Source: Macrostomum hystrix (taxonomy: Eukaryota > Animalia > Platyhelminthes). From it: a DNA stretch of 64,000 bases. This document shows, one piece after another, positions 1 through 12,700 of the stretch. The translations under genes were made by a program, and so were the position numbers. Location of the stretch: positions 7,130,001-7,194,000 of the forward strand of contig CATNEN010000007.1 of the NCBI GenBank assembly GCA_950097015.1, written 5' to 3'. Numbering within the stretch: the stretch's first letter is position 1; each line of letters begins with the position of its first letter. The notes below the pieces were generated by a model. The model saw only the letters and a program-made list of their open reading frames with translations. It was not told the origin of the DNA and did no database searches.

Positions 1-1767
1 ATCTCACAGTCTTCAATCTAACAGTCTCCAATCTCACAGTCTCCAGTCTCACAGTCTCCAATCTCACAGTCTCCAATCTCACAGTCTCCAATCTCACAGT
101 CTCCAATCTCACAGTCTCCAATCTCAGTCTCAAATCTTACAGTCTCCAATCTCACAGTCTCCAATCTCACAGTCTCCAATCTCAGTCTCCAATCTCACAG
201 TCTCCAATCTCACAGTCTCCAATCTCACAGTCTCCAATCTCACAGTCTCCAGTCTCACAGTCTCCAATCTCAGTCTCCAATCTCACAGTCTCCAGTCTCA
301 CAGTCTCCAATCTCACAGTCTCCAATCTCAGTCTCCAATCTTACAGTCTCCAATCTCACAGTCTCCAATCTCTCAGTCTCCAATCTCACAGTCTCCAATC
401 TCAGTCTCCAATCTTACAGTCTCCAATCTCACAGTCTCCAATCTCTCAGTCTCCAATCTCACAGTCTCCAATCTCAGTCTCCAATCTTACAGTCTCCAGT
501 CTCACAGTCTCCAATCTCACAGTCTCCAATCTCACAGTCTCCAATCTCACAGTCTCCAATCTCACAGTCTCCAATCTCACAGTCTCCAATCTCACAGTCT
601 CCAGTCTCACAGTCTCCAATCTCACAGTCTCCAGTCTCACAGTCTGCAATCTCACAGTCTCCAATCTCACAGTCTCCAGTCTCACAGTCTCCAATCTCAC
701 AATCTTCAATCTCACAGTCTCCAATCTCACAGTCTCCAATCTCACTGTCTCCAATCTCAGTCTCCAATCTCACAGTCTCCAGTCTCACAGTCTCCAATCT
801 CACAGTCTCCAATCTAACAGTCTCCAATCTAACAGTCTCCAATCTCACAGTCTCCAGTCTCACAGTCTCCAATCTCACAGTCTCCAATCTCACAGTCTTC
901 AATCTAACAGTCTCCAATCTCACAGTCTCCAGTCTCACAGTCTCCAATCTCACAGTCTCCAATCTCACAGTCTCCAATCTCACAGTCTCCAATCTCACAG
1001 TCTCCAATCTCAGTCTCCAATCTTACAGTCTCCAATCTCACAGTCTCCAATCTCACAGTCTCCAATCTCACAGTCTCCAATCTCACAGTCTCCAATCTCA
1101 CAGTCTCCAATCTCACAGTCTCCAATCTCACAGTCTCCAATCTCAGTCTCCAATCTCACAGTCTCCAGTCTCACAGTCTCCAATCTCACAGTCTCCAATC
1201 TCAGTCTCCAATCTTACAGTCTCCAATCTCACAGTCTCCAATCTCACAGTCTCCAATCTCACAGTCTCCAATCTCAGTCTCCAATCTTACAGTCTCCAAT
1301 CTCACAGTCTCCAATCTCACAGTCTCCAATCTCAGTCTCCAATCTCACAGTCTCCAATCTCACAGTCTCCAATCTCACAGTCTCCAATCTCAGTCTCAAA
1401 TCTTACAGTCTCCAATCTCACAGTCTCCAGTCTCACAGTCTCCAATCTCACAGTCTCCAATCTCAGTCTCCAATCTTACAGTCTCCAATCTCACAGTCTC
1501 CAATCTCACAGTCTCCAATCTCAGTCTCCAATCTTACAGTCTCCAATCTCACAGTCTCCAATCTTACAGTCTCCAATCTCACAGTCTCCAATCTCACAGT
1601 CTCCAATCTCACAGTCTCCAATCTCACAGTCTCCAATCTCACAGTCTCCAATCTCACAGTCTCCAATCTCACAGTCTCCAATCTCACAGTCTCCAATCTC
1701 ACAGTCTCCAATCTCACAGTCTCCAATCTCACAGTCTCCAATCTCACAGTCTCCAATCTCACAGTCT
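1..1767. repeat. 15-bp minisatellite (ATCTCACAGTCTCCA)n with 13-bp variants; truncated by the window start
   Basis: Periodicity is directly visible. The array ends ~14 nt before the AG acceptor at 1781-1782. Confidence 0.97.
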
Positions 1768-1782
1768 CACCCGCATCCCTAG

Positions 1783-2154
1783 ATCTCCATGGACCAGTGC
1801 CACGTGTGGGGCACAATGCCCTCCCTTCCCATGCACGCTCACTCCGGCTCGGACACCGGCCTGGGTCTGTTCGGTGCGTCGCCCCTCTCCGCCGCCGCCG
1901 CCTCTGTAGCAGCCGCCGCTTCAGCATCGACCTCGGGCAGCCACGACTCGTGCGCCGCCGCAGCCGCCGCGCACAAGCGCCAGTCGGTGACGGAGTCGCC
2001 TCACCTGCGAGTCCTGCACGACAGCCTGACGAGCTTGACCAGCCGCATCGCGGGCAGTCAGGAGAGCCTGCCGTGTGGCGAGACGGCAAATTCGGCGGCG
2101 GCTGCAGCGGCTGCGATTTTCGGCAAGGCTTCGCGAAGCCGCCGAAAGATGAAG
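1783..2154 (+). CDS. Internal coding exon (372 nt, phase 0/0), probably an upstream or alternative exon of the RhoGEF gene
   Basis: ccctag acceptor; open GC-rich frame ISMDQCHVWG...SRRKMK; AAG|gtgaac donor. Phase-compatible with the exons at 6611 and 7632. Gene assignment is inference. Confidence 0.55.
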
Positions 2155-2202
2155 GTGAACCCGATGTCAGAGGGCTGGCTGCTGTCCATGCTTGCTACCA
2201 GG

Positions 2203-2400
2203 AAATTAGGCGATCGGATGAAAAATTAGGCGATCATATGGACAATTTAGCGATTAGATGGATAATTAGGTGATTAGGTGGACAATTAGTCGATTAAGAT
2301 GAACAATTTGGCGATTAGATGGACAAATCGGCGATTATATGGACAATTTAGCTATTTGAGGGACAATTAGGCGATTAGGTGGACAAATAGGCGATTTGAA
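2203..2400. repeat. Degenerate ~20-21-bp tandem repeat (AATTAGGCGATTAGRTGGAC-like)
   Basis: Repeated ggcgatta/ggacaatt units just after the donor at 2155. Confidence 0.75.
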
Positions 2401-2877
2401 ATTGACAAATGAAACAAGAAAACGCTAACGCAAGACAAATGAAAGAATTTTTTTAACTTTGAAATTAAAAAACTAAAACACAGCAAACTAGTTGGCGATA
2501 GCATTGACTTTAGCCAAACTTCAGCACTCAATCATGTGCCGTTGGGGTCAATAGACTAATTAGTTAAATTCTGATTGACAGCAAAAGCTAGGAGCTTGCT
2601 TGAAAAGCAGAAATCTTATTAGCAGCTGCCGCTGACCGATTTTTACGCATTTTTGCTCTTCCTTTCTCTAGCAAACTGTGCCACAGTCTCAGTGCTTTAA
2701 CCATCGCTGTCGTCAAATTTTTTATTGTCAAACTCCCCTACTAACAGTAGAAAGCTGCGTGTTTATGCTTCAGAGATGCAATCTAGACACAAAAATTATA
2801 GGAAACCTGTGTAATATAAATACAAGGATTAAAAAAGTTGGAATACTGAGAGTTATGGAATAAAATGTGAAAGAGTC

Positions 2878-3178
2878 GAGGATAGAACAGACTGGAGTGG
2901 ATAGAATGTAGTGGAGTAGGATAGAATGGAGTAGAGTAGGATAGAATGTAGTGGAGTAGGATAGAATGGACTGGAGTAGGATAGAATGGAGTGGAGTAGG
3001 ATATAATGGAGTGGAGTAGGATAGAATGGACTGGAGTAGGATAGAATGGAATGGAGCAGGATAGAATGGAATGGAGTAGGATAGAATGGAATGGAGTAGG
3101 ATAGAATGGAATGGAGCAGGATAGAATGGAGTAGAGTAGGATTCAGCAGGATAGAATGGAATGGAGCAGGATAGAAGT
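2878..3178. repeat. 20-bp purine-rich minisatellite (GTAGGATAGAATGGARTGGA)n
   Basis: Periodicity is directly visible. Confidence 0.92.
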
Positions 3179-3809
3179 GAGTTTGGGTATAATCAAACGG
3201 ATTTCGGAAATGTAATCGAATTTTTACAGCCAAAATAAAGTAAAAAAAGGGAAAAAGGAAAGTGAAAGCTGACCCTGAAAACACTGCTGCCTGTTGTCAA
3301 TTAGTGAGGTGGGGACGAAATCAGTAGAGTTTAGAAAATGCCCTCCCCTTACCAAAAGTCGAAGCGCGCAGACAGCGAGGCGACAAATGACAGGCTGGAC
3401 TCAGCACAACAAGCTGCTGCATTCGGTACAGGGCATATTTTTCCCCACAATGGGATCACTAATTACTGGGCCAGATATGGGGGCGTGGAGTCTTTGCCTT
3501 CTACCTTCATAATTAGCCCGCAATTATGCCTAACCGGCTGTAAATCAACAAATTGACAACACTATGTTGAAAAATGGAAGGGTAAAACTTGTTAAGAACT
3601 TTTGTCCGAGCCTTCAGCGCTAGAAGGCTTGACAGCCAATCAGCAAGCTCAGAGGCTGGGGTGGCTGTCGGGTCTCTTTAAAGCTCTGTTGCTTTTTGTT
3701 CCACGTCTCTCTGGTGGAGGGGCTTCTTCGCGTAGACTCGCTGAAGCCTCGTTGCAAAAGCACGGGTGAGTTTTGGCCATAGACAACTCTGGCAAACGGC
3801 TGGGCGGCA

Positions 3810-6800
3810 ATGAACACCCCGACCGGATCGAGACGTCAGACCGCATCGTCGGCGTTCGGCGATGTCGCCGGGGCTTCCGGTGATTTCGCTACAGAATCAT
3901 CGTCAGCGTCGCCGTCTTCACAATCGTCGTCTCTCGGCGGCCGAATGTCGACGTCGTCTACGACAGCGATGACAGCGGGACCGGGAATGCCGACTAACAT
4001 GGCCGGCATCTTCGCCCAGCAATTCTTCCACCGGCCGCTGGACTGTGAGCTCATCGCAGGTAAGAAAAGGGGATAAACGGGCATGGTTATTTTCAGCCTC
4101 TCAACAGTAGAGGTTATCGAACTTACCAATGGGAATTTTTTGTGCTGCACCCGAACGGAGCAACGCAAGCATACGAAACTCAAGAACACGGGCTAATTTT
4201 TGTTGCACATTTTCTTAAACAATAATTAAGTCGCCAGCTCTTTAGACCGTCGAGATATTCAATGGTTCTGGCCGAATGTCAGATTTTCCCCATAAGCGCT
4301 AGTGTATTTCATAGACCCCTATACCTGAATTAGCACTGCGCCTCAGTGCGGCCTTGCCAGGCCTTCAAAATTGATCAGCATGTCACCCGCATGTGGCTGC
4401 ATCATCTCCGGCTTTGGTGGTCACCTACCTTTATCTAGACGGATTTGCTGGACCTTCCAGGGCTACAGCAGGTAGAAATATGCCACTATGGACACCATGA
4501 CGCGAATTACTCCAATTTCACTGATCAAACCAAAATATTAGGCGCAGCTCTGCCGCAGTACACCATCGTCTAGTCTGTCAATCAGTCACCACCCAACGCT
4601 GTTAGCAATCAGGCGCTGCCAAAAAATCTTCAGGTCCCGCCTTGGAATAAAAAACGGGCGACAAAATGTCTTGGTAGTCCTTCAAGAACCTTCCATTTTA
4701 TTCTTACTCGTTTTGCTCATGTTCCCGTTTTCCAATAATTTCTCTACTAGAATGCTGAAGCGCGGAGATCCCATCCGTCCACTCGCGCAATAGATTTCCG
4801 AGTCACTAGGCACTTTTGACACCCGATCCTTTGATCCCATTTCGAATTTCTTGCCCGTCCCAAAGTCCCCTCATCTCCAGCTGCTCGGTGTGTCCGCCCC
4901 GCTGCCAACGCTCAGCTTGAGAAATCCTCGTGGGAAGTTAAGGCGCACGGAGAAACTGGAAAAGTTCGACCGAGCCGACACTCTGTGAGATTTCTTCTGG
5001 GGATGGGCGGGATTTGAAAAAGAAGAAAGCAAAAGTGGAGGGTGCGAAGCGCTCATTCATTTTGCATGGGGTTGGCGAGGCCAGCTTAGTTGGCAGTCGG
5101 CTGGGCGGACATAAGCAGTCCCAGCGGACTCCAGTTGACCCAACTGCGAGCGGGAGAAATTCTTAAGGATCGGTGGGGATCCCGGAAATTTCCAATTTTT
5201 CTACGTTTCAATACGAGTAGAGAATTCTTTTCACATAGATCTTTGCCTCTCTTGACGCTATGCTACTGCTGATGTACGACGAAATGAACGCACGCCAGGC
5301 GTGAGGTGGGCGTTTGGACAATGTACATGGCGGTGCAAGAAAAATTTAGTGAAGTGGGGTAGCGTCAACCAATGAGCGAAAAGTGCTTCGGCCGATCGAT
5401 ATTCGTCGCATTCTCGCCTCTAAGCCTTGAAATCATTTACTCGTATATGTACGAGCAGATAAGCAGAAAGGAATGCTATTCCTAGAAAGCGATATCGTCA
5501 ACCGTCACGTGATACTTGAGAGACAAATGGCGCTACACAATGCTTTAATAATTATTAAGACACCGGTGCTGCACAATCCGCACAATTATAACCCAAATTC
5601 TTCAACAGGATTCAGAGAAAGAAGCGAGCTGCATTTTAAGACTTCCGCTAAAATTAAAGTAAGAAATTGAACCTAGGCAAATCTACTCTGCGAATCAGTT
5701 CGGTTGGGGGAAGTGATATTTCTGGAGAATACAGCACCTGTCGGCCGAAACCCAAGCGCCTTATATAGAGAAGCTAAATGTTCTGAACTGAGCTCCATAT
5801 CGCTCCGCTGAGGAAAGAAGAGAAAAGGCGAGACAAGCAGAGTTGGCAATGGCTGTGCTCAAATATTTGCCAGCCTATATTTCTTTGCGAAAGATTTGAA
5901 GACTACTGCTTGCAATGGGAAGCGGGAATGTTTCTGGTAATCCGAGATGATGGATCCACTTTTGCTTTCCTCTCCGTTGCCAAGCTGAGTGATAGAAAGG
6001 TGCGTTGGAAACCGCTGGACCTTGCCCCCTTCCGAGCAATCTCAGAGCCTTATTTTGCACTTTGGTGTTAGACGCCCATTATCAGCGGGGGAGAAGACTT
6101 GTGTCCTGCGTCACTGCCTGACAATATTTTGCTTCATTTCAGACCGGGACGACCGCCTGCTCCAACGTGGCCGCGAGAGGCGCAGCGAGAAGCGACTCTC
6201 AGCCGGAGTGAGTTGTCAGCAGCGCAGGCAGGCGGACAGGCGGACAGCCGCAGTTGATCCCGAGATGGCAAGAAATCGATCATTTGTCTCTACATCTCGC
6301 ACTTGCCCCACTGCGATCTCCTATCTAACAGTTAACATCGGCCCTTTCATTTCTTGATCTTTCCTGGAAAAAATTGAATTGGAGCTCACGCGTTCTAGCG
6401 GAAGAGCTTTCCCGCCGCAGTGAGGGAGTGCGGCCTCACCCGGCCTCTTATTTCTCTTCGTCAACCTACCCCGGACACATCGATCGCCCCCCCAGAACTC
6501 GTCACGGAGTTCCCGCCCACCCCAAAGGCGCCGCTGCGAACGCATCCAACCGCACCGCACGCACGTGCCTCAATCTGTCTCTCCACTTCGTCTGTTTTTT
6601 TTCGCTGCAGGTGATCGCCGGCCTCCGGCCCCCAACTTCTGGCGGGCCGGCTGGCAAGGGGCGGAGAAACTCCTTCACGCTGTTGTTCCCCGGCGTGCGG
6701 GACGCAACTGACTCCGAAGCTGAGGTTTGCCGTGCGCCGCCACAGTCCGAGAGACCGCAAATGGGATTGTTGGATGTGGGACGCATGCTCCCAGGGGATT

Positions 6801-9800
6801 TAAATTGTAGAGCGTTTGTTGCCCAATAGGGGAAAGTTCATCCGGTCTATCACATGAATTCTATCTCGTGACGTTCTAACACGTGACATTCTATCTCGTG
6901 ACGTTATATCACGTGACTTTCTATCACGTGACGTTCTATCACGTGACTTTCTATCACGTGAAGTTCTATCACGTGACGTTCTATCACGTGACGTTCTATC
7001 ACGTAATTTCTACATCGTGGCGTTCTATCTCGTGACATTCTATCTCGTGACGTTCTATCACCTGATGTTCTATCTCGTGACGTTCTATCTTGTGACGTTC
7101 TATCACGTGACGTTCTATCACGTATCACGTAATATAGGATCGTAATTAAAAGCTGAGAGATATTTGAATCAAATATGTACTCCCGAAGTAATCGTTGTGC
7201 TTGTACCCAGCTCGCTTCGTGTTACGCCTTTCATATTTTCTGCTTTCATCGAGTTAAAGTGCTCATCTTCTTATGTACTTCAGCGAAGAGGGCTGACCTC
7301 TCGTGTACTTCGTGTCAGAGAGGCTCATCGCAATATATGTCAGGCGACTCAGTCCGCTTGCGATCTGTTGTGCCCGTGTAGCAGACCCACGCCCGCAGTC
7401 CCATGCTTATCACCAAGCTAATCGCGAGTTGCTGTTCACTAGCTATGAGAAGTGGTTAATTTTTGACGAGTTAAACATGCAAAGAATGCACTCATACCAT
7501 TTGTGTCGTTCTTTTAATTTATTTATGCTAATCGACAGCGATGGGAAAAGCAGTTATTTTTTGTCTGCCGAAGATGAATATGAAGAGATTTAAAACTAAA
7601 TTTACATTGACAACAACCACTGACCATTCAGGACAGCCGAGAGAAACTGGCTGAGCACCTCAGACTGTTGGAGACCAACGGACTGCCCAGACCGATGCAG
7701 GAGCAGAGCTTGCAACTGAGTACAGTCAGCATGGAGCTGGAGCCTTCATGGGACCGAGTGGTGTCTCACACGGTGAGGCTGTGGTGTGAGGTGTGATGTC
7801 ACTCACAATGGCAGTATGGCACTGAGGTGTCTAGTCATCACCCCATTGCTTCCAGAGCATCACGTCTGCCAAGATGCTGAAGCAGCAAGCAGCGATTTGG
7901 GAATTATTTCAGACTGAGATCAACATTCTCAGGCACCTCAGGACCATTCTCGAGGTGAGCCGGCTTTCATAATTAATCTGTCAGTTGCCAATTCTCATAG
8001 TGGCTCATCTTAGAAGGCCTTCAGTGCTACTTAAATCAGGCTTCAGCGTAATTGAATGCGTACTGAGGCAGAAATGCAGGCAGAAATAAATGACGGAATG
8101 ATCGAAAAGTGAAAGGCTAACCCAAAGCCAGCGAATAAACCAACTCAGACCAGCTTCTTTCGCCATTCTCCAGTTGAGAGAGGCAACATTTATCAACCGG
8201 GATAATTAGAAGCTCATTAATCCTCTGCTAGACAGTTGCTCGCTGCAGATGAAATCTTCAGCTTTACCTGGAATACAGGGAGGGGTACCTGGGATGCCCC
8301 TAAATAAAGCTGACAGGCTGGGCCAAATATCCACTGCAATTCTATCCAATTTAGATATTTTCTTCACATTCTGTACTTTTGCAACGCGTAAAGATGCCTA
8401 TTATTTATTCTGTTAAATAAAGTTCATCTTTCGCATTTGTTATTTACCTCACTCCGCCGAACTTCAATCCTAGACCCAATCGTTATCTTCACTTAAGCTG
8501 CCCACCTCACTCCGTACGATAAAACGCTAACCCTATCAATTCACTCATTGGCCAGCCTACACTTAAGCTGCCCACCTCACTCCGTACGATAAAACGCTAA
8601 CCCTATCGAGTCACTCATTGGCCAACCTACACTTAAGCTGCCCACCTCACTCCGATCAAAAAACCCTGAGCCTATTGAGCTATCAATTGACCGACGTCCA
8701 CGTTCACTTAAGCTATGCAACTCACCGCTCCCCAAAAAAGCTCGACTCAACCTACCTTTGACCTGTAGGTATACATAGCGGTGATTCAACATCTGCAAAT
8801 CAATTTCGGCCTGTTGACAGAGGTAAGCACGGATCGACTGTTCCCAGGCTTAGGCTTGGTGTATCTAGCTCACAGGTGCCTGTGGACCGATCACCTGAGA
8901 CCGGCCTTGCTGGCGGCCAGGCGCACAGGTGAGCGCATCCGGCCCGGCCAGCTGGCGCCCGGCTTCCTGCGATTCGGAGAGATCTTCCAGCCCTGCGCAG
9001 ACTACTGCCTGCAGATCGGTGACGCCAAGGAGTACCTGAGGGGCCTGGAGAAGAACGAGGCGTTCGGCGAATTTGTCAAGGTAATAAAACACCCAGCTGA
9101 AGTAGTTACTTGAGCAACAGAATCCCAGACATTGGCAATCCGGATCTCGCAGTGGGCTCACCGCATGAGCTGCCGCAACTACAACGCTGAGGACGGCACA
9201 GTGGATCTCCAGCTGAAGTCGCTTCTGACGATGCCGCTGCAGCGGGTCACCAAGTACGGCCTGCTGCTGCAGGAGGTCCTGCGGCACACTGAGGACTGCG
9301 AGGAGCGGCTTCAGCTAGAGACTATGGTGAGACACAGTGAACTCTGGGCTACGGATGTAGGAGCATTAAAAGCAACGTTTCTTGACTAAGTAACCAGTCC
9401 GCCACTGCCACCCTAGATCGCGCACACCACGGATTTCTGTAACCGGTTGAACGCCTCCTACCAGCTCAAATCCGATCAGGAGGAGGTGCGCGGTGTCGCA
9501 GACAGGCTAGAGGACGCTAAGATGCAGGAGTGGCGCGAGACACTTGGTGACGAGGCCGCGAGCCTACTGGATCGCTACCGGCTGGACCTGACTCGGCCGA
9601 TGCCTCACAATGGGCAGCAGAGGCGGAAACTCTGCGAGGGCGAGCTGCGGCTAAGGGACGAGAAGGGCAAGGTCTGCATCTGTGCGTGTGTTTACTATCT
9701 GGGGAAAAGGGACAATGGTGTGTTTTACAGAAGGGCGCAAATAGAGGGGTGGGTGCATGAGAGGATTGTGAAGGGTTGGTGTTGCAAAGGGACGAGAATG

Positions 9801-11630
9801 GAGGGGTGGGTGTTGCAGAAGGACGAGAATGGGGGGTTGGTGTTGCAGAGGGACGAGAATGGAGGGGGGTGTTGCAGAAGGACGAGAATGGAGGGGCGGG
9901 TGTTGCAGAGGGACGAGAATGGAGGGGGGTGTTGCAGAAGGACGAGAATGGAGGGGCGGGTGTTGCAGAGGGACGAGAATGGAGGGGCGGGTGTTGCAGT
10001 GGGACGAGAATGGAGGGGCGGGTGTTGCAGAGGGACGAGAATGGAGGGGCGGGTGTTGCAGAGGGACGAGAATGGAGGGGTGAATTCTAAAAAGTTAGGA
10101 AAATGACACGGCACTGCCAAAGACAGAACTAGGATAATACTCGCAAGTATCTGAATAATCCATGCGTCCGTTAGGCTTTCTAATTTTGTTTAGAAGTTCA
10201 GAATCTCTACTTTCGCCGTAGAGAAAAAGCTTCAGAGTTTTGCACAGATGCCACGCTAATGCTCTGAAGAAAGGCAGCTTTCAGGCACGCCTGTGACTGG
10301 CGTTCTCTCGGAGCAGAAAAAAGTGTCGGCAAGAGCGGTCGACGGGGAATGTAGGAAGAAGAAAAATTCTATTCCCATTTCGGAGGGAGGCAATGCCCCA
10401 GATGAGAGAGTCGCCCCAGGCAGTTGAAGCGCCAGGTGATGGGTTGCCAGCTAGATTAAGTGCGGGGGCGAGAAATTATCAAATCCAACAAATCGGATTT
10501 GTATGTCGGGCAAAAATCTTGCGAATCCTGAGCATCTGGGAATATCCTTTTTTCCACAAGGGTCAGAGTCGAAAGATTCTCGGTTTCTCAGCCTTTTCGT
10601 CATCATTTATTTTGCTAATATCCGCAATGCGATGCGGACTTTAGGGATACATTGAGGATTAGATCTTCTGACAATCCGCCCCTCAAAGCCACATTTATCT
10701 ACTTTCGGATTTCAGTGGAGCGAGGCGAAGTGCCTCCTGTTCACGGACCTGCTGTTGCTCACCAAGTGCAGCAAGCGGAGCAACCTGCGGCTGCTCAGGC
10801 CGCCCGTTCCGCTGGAGCGGCTGCTCATCCACCGTCTGACTGACAGCGGTGAGCAGGCTGGGGAATATAGGCCAGAATGCTGTCTGGACTACTGGCTAGT
10901 AGTGGTGATAGAACATTTCTATCAAAATAAACTAGGTGTATTTGCGATTGTGGACCGCACTTGGAGTCATAAACACTGAGAGAGTTATGTCGAATTCGAG
11001 GTTGTCAAATTCTGAGCGAGCATTTCAAAGTTCCTACGCTGAACTTAAACACCAAGGCTCAAAACTAGAACCCCACACTCTGAACCCCACCCTCGAAATC
11101 CCACACTCGAAATCCCACACTCTAAACCCCACCCTCCCAATCCCACACTCTGAACCCCACACTCCGAACCCCACACTCCAAATCCCACTCTCTGAACCCC
11201 ACCATCCAAATCCCAAACTATGAACCCCACACTCCAAATCTCACCTTCCGAACCCCACCCTTCAAACCCGAAACTCCAAAATCCACACACCAAATCCCAC
11301 ACACCAAATCCCACACACCAAATCCCACTCAGAACCCCACCCTCCAAATCCCACACTCCAAACCCATCCTGGCGTACCACATACCCGCAGCGGCCGCATT
11401 TCTGTTGGTGTCGCTGACGGATTTCTCCAGCGTTGACTGCCTGCTGTACATGGCCGGGCCGGACCAGCGCACCAGTGACGACTGGATCGAGCGGCTCGCC
11501 GGGGCCAGGGCCTCCTTGCAGGCGCAGGCGCTGCAGGCGACCTACGGCGGCTTCGGCCACGGCAGCACGGCAGGCGGCGCTGGTCGCGGAGCCTGGCCTA
11601 CGTCGGCCGAGGATCTTCCGAATTTCTCAG

Positions 11631-11672
<42 letters not shown>

Positions 11673-11911
11673 TTCAGCTCCAGCGAGTACTTCACTGCAC
11701 TCACAGCACCAGCGATATTGATGCCCTCGGTCGCAGCATCGGCGGTGTCGGAATCAGCGCAGTTAGCGCATCCGTCGAAGCCGGTGGCGGCGGCCGCGGC
11801 AGCCGGCATACGGCTTCATTCAACCACCACAGCCGGCAACAGACGGAGCACGATGTGTACACGATGCGGTCCTCGCCTCCAAACGCGCACAGTCGGTTTC
11901 GGCCGGCTTGA
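3810..11911 (+). CDS. PLEKHG5: DH-PH Rho guanine nucleotide exchange factor, PLEKHG5-like (~687 aa model)
   Basis: Exons 3810-4059, 6143-6207, 6611-6724, 7632-7772, 7856-7954, 8769-9080, 9153-9326, 9417-9671, 10716-10848 and 11391-11911 are all GT-AG and phase-consistent (2064 nt). Motifs LEPSWDRVV, QQAAIWELFQTE, PGFLRFGEIFQPCADYC and MPLQRVTKYGLLLQEVLRHT (DH) and CLLFTDLLLLTK...LLRPP (PH) match the PLEKHG5/6/7 family as recalled. The three 5' exons are less certain. Confidence 0.85.
4101..4681 (+). mobile_element. Non-autonomous TIR element (MITE family A), intronic copy
   Basis: Homologous over its whole length, in inverted orientation, to 30860-31486. Starts AACAGTAG and ends CTTGGTAGTCCT (truncated right TIR). 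Confidence 0.75.
6845..7128. repeat. 15-bp minisatellite (CACGTGACGTTCTAT)n
   Basis: Periodicity is directly visible; intronic in the RhoGEF gene. Confidence 0.92.
8489..8655. repeat. Short tandem duplication, ~70-bp unit (CACTTAAGCTGCCCACCTCACTCCG...), ~2.5 copies
   Basis: The motif recurs at ~8489, ~8560 and ~8630. Confidence 0.8.
9770..10081. repeat. ~31-bp G-rich minisatellite (GGGTGTTGCAGAGGGACGAGAATGGAGGGGC)n
   Basis: Periodicity is directly visible within intron 9672-10715. Confidence 0.92.
11068..11365. repeat. ~20-bp C/A-rich minisatellite (AAATCCCACACTC/GAACCCCAC units)
   Basis: Periodicity is directly visible; ends ~25 nt before the acceptor at 11389-11390. Confidence 0.85.
11633..11671 (+). 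repeat. Coding (CAG)13 tract encoding polyQ in the RhoGEF C-terminus
   Basis: Uninterrupted CAG run in frame within the last exon. Confidence 0.9.
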
Positions 11912-12541
11912 CGCGGCTGACGCGGCAGGAGCAACCGATTCGCCCTGGCCAATCGGAGCTTCGCAAACCAGCAAATGCCACTCTGTGCAGATGCATGCTT
12001 TCTATTGGCTGATTAATCTGAACCAATCAGCGGGGCTGAAGATTTTTACGAACCATAGAATTTTCATAGAATTTTTGGGCTGCTTTGTCGGCAAATCAAA
12101 AAGCTGAATCGTATAAGTAAAATAGGATAAATTTCTTCATTTATTTGGTCTTAGATCATTGTAAAATGACAGCCTGTGTTTGCTCTGGAAAATTCGTGCT
12201 AGATTTTTTGTCGCAAAATACTCTTTGTCTTGGAATACCGATTCAGCAGCCCAGCTAATGTCAACAAAAGACATTTGTAAATCCCTCAAAACGATAACTC
12301 CGTCGATCGCCTGTGACTGTGTGCCGCAAATATCATATCTAATTTTAGATTAAATAAAAACTATTAAATGATTTGTGAAGCTTTTTGCATGATTGCTTTG
12401 AGCTGAGCTCACTCACAGCGCGGCTGACAATAGTACGGACGATCAGTTAATTATCACTATTCTAAACCATAGATCTTTGAAATCGTTCTGCTATGAATGT
12501 TTCTTCGATTCCGTCTGTGACTGTAGCTTCGATTCCGTTAA

Positions 12542-12700
12542 GGGGGTCGGTGGCAGAGCGGTTAACGCGTTTGCCTCTCGCGCCACGGTCCCTTATTTCG
12601 ATTCCACTTCGAGGCCACATTCATTTGGGGCGCAGCCGCGGAGAGAAGGCTTGGGGTGCTTGCCGTGAAATTGACGCCCTTGAGAGCCAGCCTCCAAGGC
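12542..12700 (+). mobile_element. tRNA-derived SINE (Pol III A and B boxes), 3' end undefined
   Basis: GGGGTCGG-TGGCAGAGCGG (A box, 12551-12561) and TTCGATTCC (B box, ~12597-12605) at tRNA-like spacing. No complete cloverleaf. Confidence 0.6.

Noticed and set aside
446-1767. ETVRL/EIGDC repeat ORFs, and similar ORFs at 15316-16250 and 20523-21449
   Set aside because: They are translations of intronic minisatellites.
12542-12616. tRNA gene
   Set aside because: A and B boxes are present, but the acceptor and anticodon stems do not pair convincingly, so it is treated as a SINE head.
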